From Alphaproteobacteria bacterium (lineage in GTDB: Bacteria; Pseudomonadota; Alphaproteobacteria; MPNO01; UBA830): a stretch of DNA of 64,000 bases. The DNA is taken from contig OZ251539.1 of the NCBI GenBank assembly GCA_965243135.1, positions 5,888,001 through 5,952,000 of the forward strand, in the 5' to 3' direction. Every line of letters starts with the position of its first letter. Within the stretch, counting starts at the first letter, position 1. The position numbers and the translations under genes were made by a program. Shown one piece after another: positions 33,461-44,550 of the stretch. The notes under the pieces were generated by a model, which did no database searches, was not told the origin of the DNA, and saw only the letters and a program-made list of their open reading frames with translations.

Positions 33461-33864
33461 CCAAAGCTCCCACCTTAAATCCTTCCCGCCGCGTCCCGGC
33501 CCCTGCGTCGCCGCAACCGTTGCCCGCTTCAGCTCCGCGCTTGCTCCCGTAGCAGACCCGGAAAACGGGCAACCGAGGGGGCGCGGCCGCCGACCGAAAA
33601 TTCCGTCGGCGTTCCTCCCCCTCGTCCGGGGTCGTCAGGCAAAACTTTGAAATCGCCGGAGTCGCCCGAAAACCGGAAACGGGTTGGCGACGGGATCGTC
33701 AGTCAAGATAGTCGTCTCTTGGTCGTAGAAATGAAGCATGTCGGCAAGCTCGTTCACGTCACCGCCATGACTGCCCGCATGAAACGCCGGGAAAATTCTG
33801 AATCCAGAAGGATTTCGTGGACACACCAGTTACGACAAGAAACCTTTCGAAAAATCGTGTTTTG

Positions 33865-34503
33865 CTATCTGTTTTTCAATGAAATTTGAACGCAAAACAC
33901 TCCCCAATGCAACACCGCATCATCCATTTCTTCTGACGAAATACGACGATACTTACATTTCACAACTGCTTCCTTTTCAAATCGTCCCCTAATCATAGTT
34001 TCGATGTTCTTTCTCTTTCGTTCGGCTTTCCGCCTCGCCGATGTCTTGTCTTTTGCCTTTCCCGAAACAAGCACAGCAAGGAAACCTCGACGAAGGGCCC
34101 CATTCTGGTGAAAACCGAAGTTGCTTATCGCCTCCCATATTCTGTCCAAATCTTCCATGCAAGTCTTTTTATTCCATTCTCGTTTTACCTCGATAACGCA
34201 AACTGGTTGATCCTTGGAATTGAAAAGCGCGATGTCCGTCCGTTTGCCGCCCCTGATTGCGCCTGGAAGACGGCCTCGTGTCTGTGCGCCAGACCAATCC
34301 CTGATCCAATTGAAGTGCACCTCCAAAAGAAGGCTTTCGTTTTCATTCTGGAGGCGATTTAATGCATCTCCTATTTCGCAGACTATGAGGCTCTCTACTC
34401 CGGAATCCAACAGCGACCAACCGTCTGTCCATTTCTCGTATTTCCTATTGGCGTTGCGAGTTCCTTTAAAAATCGCCGAAACGATCTGCTTCTCAGTCGG
34501 CAT
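33865..34503 (-). CDS. PD-(D/E)XK nuclease-like cargo protein
   Basis: Intact lower-GC ORF: ESLI..LEV..RTDIALF..VIEVKR..EDLDR. Confidence 0.68.
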   Translation of the reverse strand: MPTEKQIVSAIFKGTRNANRKYEKWTDGWSLLDSGVESLIVCEIGDALNRLQNENESLLLEVHFNWIRDWSGAQTRGRLPGAIRGGKRTDIALFNSKDQPVCVIEVKREWNKKTCMEDLDRIWEAISNFGFHQNGALRRGFLAVLVSGKAKDKTSARRKAERKRKNIETMIRGRFEKEAVVKCKYRRISSEEMDDAVLHWGVFCVQISLKNR

Positions 34504-35429
34504 GATATTCCTCCCATGGTCGCTCTCTCGGTATTCTAAAAGCGTGCGCGGCGTCTATTAACATGCAATGTAAAAGAGCATCTTTCATCCCGTCTGTCAA
34601 CACTCGGAGGTCCCGTGAGGTTTGGAATGCAACACGCATGGCGGCTGAGCGGCCGTTTGCATGTTGCGGAGAGGCCAGGCGCGGCGGAGGTCAAAACGGA
34701 GACTTGCGGCCACTTGGCCAGCGACGGACGTCGCCTGATCCACACGCTGCGCAGCGAACGCCGGGGCGGTTCGTCCGCGACCGCACGACGGCGAATCGGC
34801 TGGCAACGCGGACGAGCGTGGATTCAAGCAGGCCGGCCGGCGGGCAACCGCCCGCCACCTGCACAGCACCGTCGAGGCGTTGGCGCTACTTTGCACGACA
34901 TATCCGCTACACGCCCATTTCTCCGGCACTTTCCAGAAGTGCGGAAAGCACGTCCCCGATCCGTTCGGCGGCCGCTTTTTGCGAAAAAAAGCTCGCGGCA
35001 GCGCCAGTCGCTTTGTCGCGAAGAGCGCCGACCTTGGCGACGCCCTTGACGCCGTCGCGCAGGACAACTCGGCACTTGTCGTCGGTTGGGACGATCGGAC
35101 ACTTCGCATTCGCGCGCGAAGTCGATCGCCCGTTCGTCTGGCCGGAACTTCGCGTCCAATTGTCGGGGGCGGCAACCAACTGCAGGTCGGGCCGCACTTC
35201 CGAACGTGAGCGACATCGGCGGTGAGCCGCCGTCACCTTGCAGGCTTCCGGCGCAAGACTCAACGTTCTCTGCCGTCCGCGTTATGGAAGCTGACGGTCC
35301 CGCGGACGCCCGACACGCTTCCTTGTCGCTGTCGGAGCGAAGCGGAACCCCGTCGAGCGAGACGGTGCAGGAAGCCGCCTGTTTCCGCCTCGCGGGCCGC
35401 CCTGTCTTTCTCGTTCCAGTGCTTGCCCG

Positions 35430-35530
35430 CCTTTGTCGACAGACGCGCAACTGGACGGGCCTCCCGGCTCCGTCCGTCGGCGTGCAGTGGCGCAGGAGCA
35501 TCGCTGCGAGGCGCCGGACCCGTGAGGTAG
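35430..35530 (+). repeat. Non-coding segment downstream of the integrases, homologous to 57122-57250
   Basis: tttgtc.acagacgc...cggctccgtcc..cgg.gt.cagtggc.cag.agcatcgctg....cgccggac shared. Confidence 0.75.
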
Positions 35531-35551
35531 CCCAAGCTTTCGGCATCCACG

Positions 35552-36671
35552 CTACGCTGATGGTTCTTCCACGCCGTGCAGAAGTGAGGATATGGCGGTT
35601 CCGATCCGTTCGGCCGCGGCCTCCACCTCCCTGTCCGCGACATGCGCGTATCGAAGCGTCATCCGGACGTCCCGGTGGCCGAGCAGGCGCGCCACCACCG
35701 GCAGCGGAACGCCCTGCATAACCGCATGGCTGGCGAACGTATGCCGCAGATCGTGCAGGCGGACATCCTCCAGATCGGCCCGCTTCCTCGCTTCGTACCA
35801 GAGCCTGAGGTAATCGTCCGCCGGTCGCGCCGGGTCCGACGCCGACGGAAAGACATACGGGCTCTCCGTTTGCGGCTGGCGTTCGACGATGGCCCGGGCC
35901 TGCGCGTTCAGAAAGACCTTTCTCGGCCCCGTCTTGCCGTCCGCCAGGACGGCTCCGTCCACCTCCCGCCATTGCAGACGCACGATTTCGTTCTTCCGGC
36001 AGCCGGTCGCGAGCAACAGGCGGACGATGTCCGCCTGCCGCCTGCGGGACGGTCTCGCGGACGGCGGCGCGCACCTGTCCAGTTCCTCGCGCAGCCGGTG
36101 GATTTCCTCCCGCGACAGAAAGCGGGTGAGTTTCGGGCGCGGGTTTCTCCTGACGCCCGTTGCCGGATTCTTCTCGATCAGACCGGTCGCGACCGCGCGG
36201 TTCAGGATTTGCTTGAACACCTTCAAGGTCACGTTGGCGCCGCCGGGCGACGTCTTGCTGTACCGATCGAACCACCGGTTGACTTCGACCGCGGCGGTCG
36301 AGCGGCAGCGTACCGAAGGCCGGCAGCAACTGCCCGTTCAGCGCGCTTTCGATCCCCCGACGCGAAGCCCGCTTGTATCGCTCCCAACAGGCTTCTTTCC
36401 ACGGACCCGCGACGAACTCCGCGAACGTGGGAACCTTCCCGCTCGGCTCCTTGACTGCGAGGCCGACGCATTCGCGGCGCGCCTCGTCGGTGCTTTTCAG
36501 CGCCGCCGGACCGAGCGACGCCTTCCGTCCGCCGCGAAGGTATATGTAACTGCGATGTCCCGACGGCCGGACACGGACGCCGAGGCCCGCGATGCGCTCG
36601 TCCCAGACCGTGTATTCGCGCTTGCGGGGCCGGAGCGCGGCGACCCGGGCGTCGGTCAGCCGGATTCTCAT
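35552..36671 (-). pseudogene. Tyrosine integrase 2 (Arm-DNA-binding DUF4102 type), frameshifted
   Basis: MRIRLTDARV..WDERIAGLGVRV; LLLATGCRKNE, HDLRHTFAS, LLGH..MTLRYAH. Confidence 0.88.
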
Positions 36672-36674
36672 GCC

Positions 36675-37749
36675 TCAGCCCTCCAGCGCCGCGCCGACCG
36701 CCTCGACCGCTTCGCGGACCGTCCCGTCGGCCGCATGCGCGTATTTGAGGGTCGTTTCCGGCCTGCTGTGACCGAGCAGCCGGCCGATGGTCAGCACGGT
36801 CTCGCCGTGCCTAAGCGCCATGCTCGCGTAGGTATGGCGGAGGTCGTGCAGCCGGACGTCGCCAAGGTCCGCCTCGATTCTCGCAGGCCGCCAGAAACTG
36901 TCCAGCGAACTTTTGGCCAGGGGACCGGACGCAGAGGGGAAGATCCACTTGCCTCGCCGCTCCAGCCCGTCCAGGACGTGACGGGCGGCCGACGACAGCC
37001 ACACGGTTCGCGGCCCCGTCTTGCCGTCCGCAAGGAACAGCTTGCCCTCGCGATAATCGATCCATCGCAGCGTCAGGATCTCGCTCTTGCGGCAGCCGGT
37101 CAGCAACAGCAGGCGGACGACCGCGACGCGCCGGTCGGGCTCGCGGCCCGCCAGAACCGCCTCGAGACGGCGGATCTCCGGAACCGTCAGGAACCGTTCG
37201 CGCCCTCGCCGGCGGTAGCGTCGGATGCCCTTGCACGGGTTGCTGTCCTCCGGCCGGTAACCGTAGACCTCCGCCTGCCGCATGATGACCGACAGAATCG
37301 GCGCCGATCGGTCCGCCGCCGCGGGCGTCGCGTGCAGCGAAGCGAACCAGCGCTGGACGTCCTGCCGCGTTATCCTGGCGGCGTCCTTCGAACCATGGCA
37401 GGATCTGGTTCTTGTAATAGCCGCGGTTGACCTCGAGCGTGCGCGGTTTCCAGTGCCGCCCGTAACGCTCGAACACTTCTTCCGCGACCGCTTCGAACGA
37501 CGACAACGCGCCGCCCGTCCCGCCGCGGGCCAGAACGGCCTTCGCCCGCGTGCGGGCTTCTTCCGCGGCGATGTCCTTGCCGACGATCTTCCAGACGCGC
37601 CTGCCGTCTCGCTGGGTGTGAACGAAGTATCGCTTCCCGCCGGACGGAAGGACTCTGACGCCGAACCCCTTGAGCTCGCCATCGCGGACGTCGTAGGCGG
37701 CCTCGCGCGGCTCGAGAGCGTCGACTCTGCGCTGGTTGAGACGAACCAT
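36675..37749 (-). pseudogene. Tyrosine integrase 1 (Arm-DNA-binding DUF4102 type), frameshifted
   Basis: MVRLNQRRVD..GFGVRV; LLLLTGCRKSE, HDLRHTYAS, LLGH..TTLKYAH. Confidence 0.88.
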
Positions 37750-37839
37750 GCTTCTTCCCCCGAAATCGTTGCAGACGGGGAACGAAGCAGGCGCTGCGGC
37801 CGTCCCCGCCGACTGGTTTCGCGAAAAAGAAACGCGCTA

Positions 37840-37852
37840 TATCAAAGGGTTA
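37840..37852 (+). promoter_or_regulatory. IHF consensus site beside the integrase-proximal att core
   Basis: TATCAA-AGGG-TTA = WATCAA-N4-TTR, 25 bp from the 11-bp core. Confidence 0.6.
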
Positions 37853-37877
37853 AAGCGCCAAAGCACCGAAGGTGCGC

Positions 37878-39741
37878 CGCCTGGTGTGGAACACGATGCT
37901 GGAGGAGGAGCATCCACGCGGCGCCGGTCCGCTGGTGGGCTGTCAGTTACGGTGTGGGGTCGGCGCATGGCTGGCTGGGGGCTGTCGGGTTCGCGGCGTC
38001 GGCGCACAGGCTCGAATGCCGCGACCGTAGGCTGGAGCGACGCAGGAAGGCGCGCTTGTTTGCACCGGGTCGTGTGCCTGTCGCGTTTTCTGGTCCGTCC
38101 CGGCGTCGAGTGTCGTAGCCTCGCATGTCTTGGGCGGCGTGGTCCGCAGGGTGGGAGACGATTTCGAGGCGCGCTACGGCTACCGCCCGTATTTGCTGGA
38201 GACCTTCGTAGATCGGCATGCGGGAACGAGCTTTCAGGCGTCCAACTGGCGTGGCGAGACAGCCGGCCGGGGGCGACAGGGCCATGCGGCAACGGAGACG
38301 CCGAAGGCATGTGTACGAGGCGGACTGGCGGGTGCGCATCCCGGAGCCGCGTGCGCCGCTTGCGCCGTTGGAGGTCGGATCCGGTCTGGATCGGGAGAGT
38401 TGGGCGGAACAGGAGTTCGGCGGTGCGCCGCTGGGGGATGCGCGTCTGAGCGCGCGTCTGGTGACTTGTGCCCGATACCAAGCGGAAGCGCCGACGCAGG
38501 CGTTCACATGCGCTGCGAGGGGGGCCTTGATAAAGGCATACTACCGTCTGATCGACAAGCCGGACGGTGATGCGGTGACGGTGGAGAACATCCTGCAGCC
38601 GCATCGGCGGCAGACGCTGCGGGCAGGGGGAGAAGACGGTGCTGTGCGTGCAGGACGGCAGCACGCTGAACTTCGCGAAGCGGGGGAAGACCGAGGGTTT
38701 GGGAATCATCGGTCGGAACCAGACCGGCGCCGGTACCCGAGGCCTGAACCTGCACGCCACGGTCGCAGTGAACACGGAGGGGTTGCCGCTGGGGATTCTG
38801 CGGGCGGCGTGCGCCGCAGCCGGGCGCGGAGAAGAACAAGCCTCGCGAAAAGAAAAAGTCGTACCGTTGGATCCAGGGCCTTCAGGATAGCGCCGAGGCT
38901 GCTTCTGCACTCGATGGCGTTCAGGTGGTCGGCGTCCCGGGAGGCGGACTTCGTCGATCTGTTCGTTGAGCGGCGTGAGCGGACGCCGGGAGTGGAACTC
39001 CTAGTGCGGGCGAAGACGAACCGGGTTCTCGGCGAGGACGACACCGACAAGCTGTTCGACAAGGTGCGGAAAAGCCCAGCGCAGGGCAAGCGAGTTATCG
39101 AGGTCAAGCGTCTGAGCGCGCGCATAAAGGCAAGCAAGCAGGCCGCGAGGGCCGTGCGGCCGGAGCGCCAGGCCACGGTCGAACTGCGCTACCTCAAGGT
39201 CGAGCTGCCGGCGAAGGGCAAGGAGCCCGTTGAGGCGACGATCATGCATGTCCGCGAGAAAGCTCCCCCGCGCCGAACGGCTGGAATGGTTCTTGTTGAC
39301 GACGCTGCCGGTCGAGAGCGCCGCGGACGCCGAACGCATCCTGACCTGGTATGGTTTGCGCTGGCGCATCGAAGATTATTTCAGGGTTCTGAAGTCCGGC
39401 TGCCGAGGAACTCAAGAACCGGACTGCCGAACGTCTTCAGCGCGCCGCCGCCATCAACATCGTCATCGCCTGGCGCATCCGGACCCGTCTCGGACGGGAA
39501 CTGCCCGACCTGCCGCCCGAGATCCTGTTCTCGGACGTCGAACTCCGGGTGCTGGCGCTCCTCGCCTTGGCGCATGGCACCGCCGAAAAGCCTCGGAGAC
39601 GCTGTCTTCCTGGTCGCCCGCCTCGGAGGGTACTTCAGGCGCAAGCGTGATCCGCCAGGCGCGGAAGTGATGTGGAACGGCTACGCCCAACTCGCCGCCA
39701 AGGCGCATTTCCGGGAGCTTGAGGATGAATACGGATGTTAG
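37878..39741 (+). pseudogene. 3' part of the DUF4338-IS4 (IS50/Tn5-like) transposase, frameshifted
   Basis: WAEQEFGGAPLGDARLSARL, CVQDGSTLNF, READF, WFLLTT, YGLRWRIEDYFRVLKSGC, ARLGGY. Confidence 0.88.
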
Positions 39742-39809
39742 TTCAGCAAATCTTTATGGGGCACAGGCAGCACTAGGTACGGGCGCGGCGGCGAGCCCAA
39801 AACGGGTTT

Positions 39810-40625
39810 CTACCGCAGCCGGGGTATCGAAGTCGTCGCGGGCTTGGCGAATCCCCTGTCGAGCAGCCGCGCGACATGGTGGTTGCGCCGCTTGACGGTC
39901 TTGCCGCCGAAAACCACCGCGATTAGCCTTCTGTTGCCGCGTTTGGCGGAAGCGACGAGACTATACCCTGAAGCCCGTATGTAGCCGGTCTTGATGCCGT
40001 CCAGCCCCTCATAGGAGGACAATAGGCGATTGTGGTTGCGGTACGTGCGGCCGCGCCATTTCCAGTTTCGGCGCGAGAACTCCCGGTACCTCTCCGGAAA
40101 CCGCTTCAGCAATGCGCGGGCGAGGATCGACATGTCTCTCGCCGTGCTGAGTTGCCGACGGTTGGGAAGTCCGGAGGCGTTCCTGAACGTTGTGTTGCGC
40201 ATGCCGATCTGGCGCGCACGCTTGGTCATGAGCACTGCGAACTTCCGTTCCGTTCCGCCTATGGCTTCGGCAAGGACAGTCGCGACGTCGTTCGCGGACT
40301 TCGTCACCAAGGCGGCGATCGCATCCCGCACCGTGATCTTCTCGCCGTGCTGAAGCCCCAGCCTGGGCGGGGAACGTCCTGCCGCAATCCGTGATACGGG
40401 CAGTTTCTGTTTCATGCCGAGCTTGCCGGCGCGCAGGGCTTCGAAAGTCATGAATAGCGTCATGATCTTCGTGAGGGATGCAGGGTACTTCTTCGTATCG
40501 GCATTCGCCGCATGAAGAACGCGGCCTGTACCGGCCTCGACCACGATGGACGCGTATTTCGCAACCGCTGGCGGCGCAGCGGCAACGGCCATCGCGAGAC
40601 TCGCCACGAACAACAATCGAAGCAT
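39810..40625 (-). CDS. D-alanyl-D-alanine carboxypeptidase (peptidase S11)
   Basis: Signal peptide; SxxK PASLTK, SxN SAN, KTG. Confidence 0.92.
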   Translation of the reverse strand: MLRLLFVASLAMAVAAAPPAVAKYASIVVEAGTGRVLHAANADTKKYPASLTKIMTLFMTFEALRAGKLGMKQKLPVSRIAAGRSPPRLGLQHGEKITVRDAIAALVTKSANDVATVLAEAIGGTERKFAVLMTKRARQIGMRNTTFRNASGLPNRRQLSTARDMSILARALLKRFPERYREFSRRNWKWRGRTYRNHNRLLSSYEGLDGIKTGYIRASGYSLVASAKRGNRRLIAVVFGGKTVKRRNHHVARLLDRGFAKPATTSIPRLR

Positions 40626-40715
40626 AGCATTCTCCCGTAGAGGCCGCTCGGCAGTTTCGGCGGCCCTTTCAGTGGATATCCTTACCTAATCCAGTGCTTC
40701 ATTATAATGCAATCA

Positions 40716-40810
40716 TAAGCGTTCGCTACCCGGAGGACGAAAAAATTTTGTCTGGGGACTGGACACGGAATTTTGATCCTTCGCCCGTAAGCGTTCGGTC
40801 GTGGAGTGAC
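40716..40810. mobile_element. Two stacked IS66-like ends
   Basis: taagcgttcgctacccggaggacgaaaaaattttg matches the 32600-32660 end; gtaagcgttcggtcgtgg matches 26819. Confidence 0.7.
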
Positions 40811-41127
40811 GAAGCGCCTGTCCGGCTTGGCGAACCACCGAGCCGAACACTATTTTTTGCTCCTGTATACGACAGGCATGGCGAGCGAACATGCATCTTC
40901 TCGGGACCAGGTTGGCGGGCGGGCAGCCAAGTCTGGTTGCGACACTCCGAGAGAATGCGGTTCTCCGTTTGGCGCTGGTGAGCGCGGTTCACGAAGCGGA
41001 GAAGTTTCGTTGCGACGCGAAGAAATGGCGGGGAGCTTTCCTTCGGGCGCTGGCCCTGAAAAAGAGACGCGAGGCACCGCCCCGAGAGGCGGCAGAGAAC
41101 GAGGGTCTGAAGTCCCGCAGCCGCAGA

Positions 41128-41600
41128 GTCAGCGTTCGCTGCCCGGGGGATGATCAGCGATTGAGAACCTCCTTCCAGTCCCGTTGCAGGGGTTTCAGCA
41201 TCCTTGACCGGTAGCGCATATTCGTTCTTTGCTTTGCCGCGGCCTTGTGTTTTGCCGACCCGGGTTGGCTGCGTGGCAGCAGGCGCCCGCGGACGGGGGC
41301 TGAAGGTCTCAAGCAGTGCGGGATGCAGGGCGTAGCGGCGTTTCCAGTCGTCAAGCCGCTCGGCCTGCGCGAGGGGATGCGAGATGTTTGATTCTGACCC
41401 GAGGCAGTAACCTTGCGTTGTTGACGACGAAAGGCTGGCTGGCGTCGCACCGATGAACTCGTCCCGCGGCGCGGTCTTCCACGCAACGACGCCGAGCGCG
41501 GTTGGCGGTTCGCCCTCTGCGGAGCGGATAGAGCGCTGTGCTTCGGGCATAGGCATAAAGCCGAGGCAGTACTGCCGTGTCGGCGTCTCGCCGGTGCCGT
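41128..41600 (-). pseudogene. Degenerate DUF4338/IS66 end remnant
   Basis: Homologous to 29420-29930 (GKTQGRGK, NEYALPVKD, LQRDWK). Confidence 0.75.
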
Positions 41601-41967
41601 GCGCCGAAGCGCCGTAGCTGCGTAACGATCTCGTCCCGTTGTCGCTGAAGCACGTCGGACATGCGGGATTCTCTCTTGGGAGACGAAGAGGCCGGGTGCG
41701 CGGAGCTGAAGGACGAGCGCGTCGCAGGGAAATGCGCCGCCGCCCGCTGCTTCGCGCATGACCGTTCCTCCTGAGCCTGACGCGTTCCGTTCCGAAAACC
41801 AAGTCCATATCCTCGATGGCTGGCATCTCACCTGCGAAGAGGGACGCTGCATGCCTCGTGACGGACGACTGCCTACGGGGGGGCGCCGACAAAGGCGAAA
41901 ATTGACCGCATGCGCGCCAGCGTGCACCTTTCCTGCGCCGCAAACCAAAACGTCCGGAGTCTCCAGC

Positions 41968-43149
41968 ATGCCGCCTCGCCGCGTAACTGTCTTCCCGCTT
42001 CTGGCCTTGACCCTGCTTGTCGCGGCCTGCTCGCACCGGCCCGCCGAATTGTCGGCCATCGACATCGCGCAACCCGGCAAGGTCCTTGTCGACCACGAGG
42101 CGAGGCGTTCGCAACTGAAGGGCGGCGAACTGTGCCCGGTCTGGGAAACCGCGCTGCCCCGGACAGCCCTTCCCCCGGTGGTGGGCGTCGAGGCGCCGTC
42201 GGGTTACGGGATCGACTGGCGCTTTGCCGCCCCCCGGGACCAAATGATGGAACTCGGCGCGGCCTGTCTTAAGCTGGGCGGGAAACCCTGCAGGACCATT
42301 GCCGACACCATGGTCTCTTGGTCGCAGGCCGAGGCGGCCATCGTCGAAAGCAGCGGAGACAACAGCAGGTTCTGGAACGACTCCATAACCGTCAACCTGG
42401 ACGTCGTCAGGCCGTTCGTCGGCGCCTATGCGATTGCGCGCTCTTCGGTCGCCGTGGCGCCGGAAGAGGACGCGCGGATCCGGGAATGGGTCGAGGCCGT
42501 CCTGTGGCGGTCGAGGAATTTGCTGCGCGGCGTGCGCCGCAAGGGCCGAAACTACGCCGCCCATAACCACGCCGTCGCCTCGGCCGCCGCGCTCATGGCC
42601 TACGGGGCCATGTGGGGCGATTCCGCGGCGTTCGGACACGGCGTCGACCAGTGGTTCATCACGCTGGGAGACATGCGGCGCGACGGGAGTCTGCCCATCG
42701 AAACGCGCCGGGGCGCGCGCGCTCTCTTCTACACAGGCAGGACGCTGAGCGGACTGACGAGCATCGCCGAGATGGCGCGGACCCAGGGGATCGACCTGTA
42801 CTCGTCTGGGCCGTCGGACGAGAAGACCATCCACAAGGCGGTCGCGTTCATGCTGGACGCGCTCGAGAACAACGATGCGGTCCTTTCCTACGCGAGCGAA
42901 AACTACGGGCCGGGCCCTTACGGGGACTGGCGGCAGCAGGATCTGGGCGCTCCGGGCGACACGCTCGGCTGGGCGATTCCCTATGCGGCCCGGTTTCCGG
43001 ACCATCCGAACGCCCGGCGATTGCGTTCGCTCGAGATCGACAAGCGTATCCCGACGCAGGACGTCCTGGATTACGTCCTCGCTCCCGACAGCGCAGTCAT
43101 GGGTCACTGGATCGGTGGCCGCTCGGACTGCCTTTATGGAGCGCCGTAG
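41968..43149 (+). CDS. Alginate-lyase-like lipoprotein
   Basis: Lipobox LVAAC; AHNH (NNH-like) and E.RRG.RALFY motifs of AlgL/PL5-type lyases. Confidence 0.7.
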   Translation: MPPRRVTVFPLLALTLLVAACSHRPAELSAIDIAQPGKVLVDHEARRSQLKGGELCPVWETALPRTALPPVVGVEAPSGYGIDWRFAAPRDQMMELGAACLKLGGKPCRTIADTMVSWSQAEAAIVESSGDNSRFWNDSITVNLDVVRPFVGAYAIARSSVAVAPEEDARIREWVEAVLWRSRNLLRGVRRKGRNYAAHNHAVASAAALMAYGAMWGDSAAFGHGVDQWFITLGDMRRDGSLPIETRRGARALFYTGRTLSGLTSIAEMARTQGIDLYSSGPSDEKTIHKAVAFMLDALENNDAVLSYASENYGPGPYGDWRQQDLGAPGDTLGWAIPYAARFPDHPNARRLRSLEIDKRIPTQDVLDYVLAPDSAVMGHWIGGRSDCLYGAP

Positions 43150-43444
43150 GTCCGAACGAAGGGCGGGCTGGGGGCCGGCGCCGCCATTGGAGCCGGCGAA
43201 ACCCGGCCTCTCAGGCGGGTCTTCCAGCATCGGCGGCGGACCGCGGCCGCCTCCGTTTCGAAAGCGCAAACGCGGAAAGGGGGGTCTTGACCAAATCAAT
43301 CCTGGACGAATAATGGCGGGACAGGGAGGTCGCGCTCCGCCGTCTCGCGGCGGGAGATTACGGACTTCTCGCAGGGTGCGCCGCGCGGTCCGGCGGCGCT
43401 TGCATGCTTTCCGGCGCTTCGCGCCTGGATGACGAGGTAGGAAT

Positions 43445-44404
43445 TTGACAGAAAAATCGTTGGCGCGGCGGCAGTGTCGGATTTTGGTCGTTGCCGCCGC
43501 TTTCCTGGTTGTTTCGCATTCCGTTTCCGCGACCCGGATGTCGGCCCCCGGCGCGGCGCCGGTCTCCACCGCCGAGGCGCTGGTCTCCACCGCCGTAGAG
43601 CCGAATCTCGCGCCGGAACCGAGGCGCGGCGGCCGGGCCGACCGGATCGTGCTTGTCAGTTCGGCGAACCAGCTCACCGGGTATTTCGAGCGCGTGAATT
43701 ATCGGCTCGGCGACGTCCGCGACCGGGGCGAGGTGCCGAGGTTGTATCTCGTGCGCCTGCCGTCGGACCTGCGGAAACTTCGGAACACGTCCCAGCGCAA
43801 GGACGTGTTCATCAAAACCGCCTTGCCGCTGATCCTGCGCGCCAACGAGCTGATCGCCGAAGAACGCGCGAGATTGATCGAACTGAGGAACCGTGCCGGC
43901 CTCGCCGGGGCGGAACGAGAGTGGGCCGTGAGGCTGGCGCAACACTACGGGTTCGAACGACTCGATTTCGCGAAGCTGCTTGAACGGGTCGATCTCGTCC
44001 CGCCGTCGCTGGCGTTGGCCCAGGCCGCCGAGGAGAGCGGTTGGGGGACGTCGCGCTTCGCCCGGACGGGAAACGCGTTGTTCGGCCAGCGCGTCTTCAG
44101 GCAGAGACTTCATGGCATGGTGCCGCAGGCGCGCGCCCCGGGAAAGACCTTCCGGGTGCGGGCGTTCGAGGGCTTGCTGGACAGCGTGCGGGCCTATTTC
44201 CACAATCTCAACACTCACCCCGCCTACGAGGATTTCCGGAAGATGCGGGCGAGGATGCGCAAGGACGACTCGGTCGACGGCCATGCGCTCGCCGGAACGC
44301 TCGAGTTCTATGCGGAACGCCGCGGCGCTTACGTGGAAACGATCCGCAAAATCATGGCGGTGAACGACCTGCGCGTCTACGACCGCGCGCGGCTCGGCGA
44401 GTAG
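43445..44404 (+). CDS. Glucosaminidase-domain (Bax/FlgJ-like) peptidoglycan hydrolase
   Basis: PPSLALAQAAEESGWGTSRFA..GNALFG, YFHNLNTHPAY. Confidence 0.88.
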   Translation: MTEKSLARRQCRILVVAAAFLVVSHSVSATRMSAPGAAPVSTAEALVSTAVEPNLAPEPRRGGRADRIVLVSSANQLTGYFERVNYRLGDVRDRGEVPRLYLVRLPSDLRKLRNTSQRKDVFIKTALPLILRANELIAEERARLIELRNRAGLAGAEREWAVRLAQHYGFERLDFAKLLERVDLVPPSLALAQAAEESGWGTSRFARTGNALFGQRVFRQRLHGMVPQARAPGKTFRVRAFEGLLDSVRAYFHNLNTHPAYEDFRKMRARMRKDDSVDGHALAGTLEFYAERRGAYVETIRKIMAVNDLRVYDRARLGE

Positions 44405-44550
44405 TCGACCGCCGAAGGACGCCCGAGGTTTGGGCGCGAGCCGCTGCGGCGGAACGGGGCGTTTTCCGCGCCGTTGCCCGGCGGGAAGGCTCCCGGTTCG
44501 CGCGCCCGAGGCCGCGCGAAAACCCGCCGGGAACGCGTCGCCCGAGGTCG

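Larger units (their letters stand above)
29218..37888 (-). mobile_element. Integrative element with tandem tyrosine integrases, MobF relaxase remnant and nuclease cargo
   Basis: 11-bp direct repeat cgcctggtgtg at 29218-29228 and 37878-37888; removing the segment rejoins the IS4 gene. Confidence 0.82.
28825..39770 (+). mobile_element. IS4-family element with DUF4338-fused transposase, split by nested insertions
   Basis: Perfect 23-bp TIR ctgcctgtgccccataaagattt at both ends; 8-bp TSD cactaggt (28817-28824 and 39771-39778). Confidence 0.9.

Noticed and set aside
43150-43440. GC-rich hairpin-prone intergenic region as a possible ncRNA or riboswitch
   Set aside because: No recognisable family motif, and hairpins are expected at this GC content.
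40726-43677. 983-aa minus-strand ORF
   Set aside because: Mosaic of the lyase antisense strand and IS remnant sequence.
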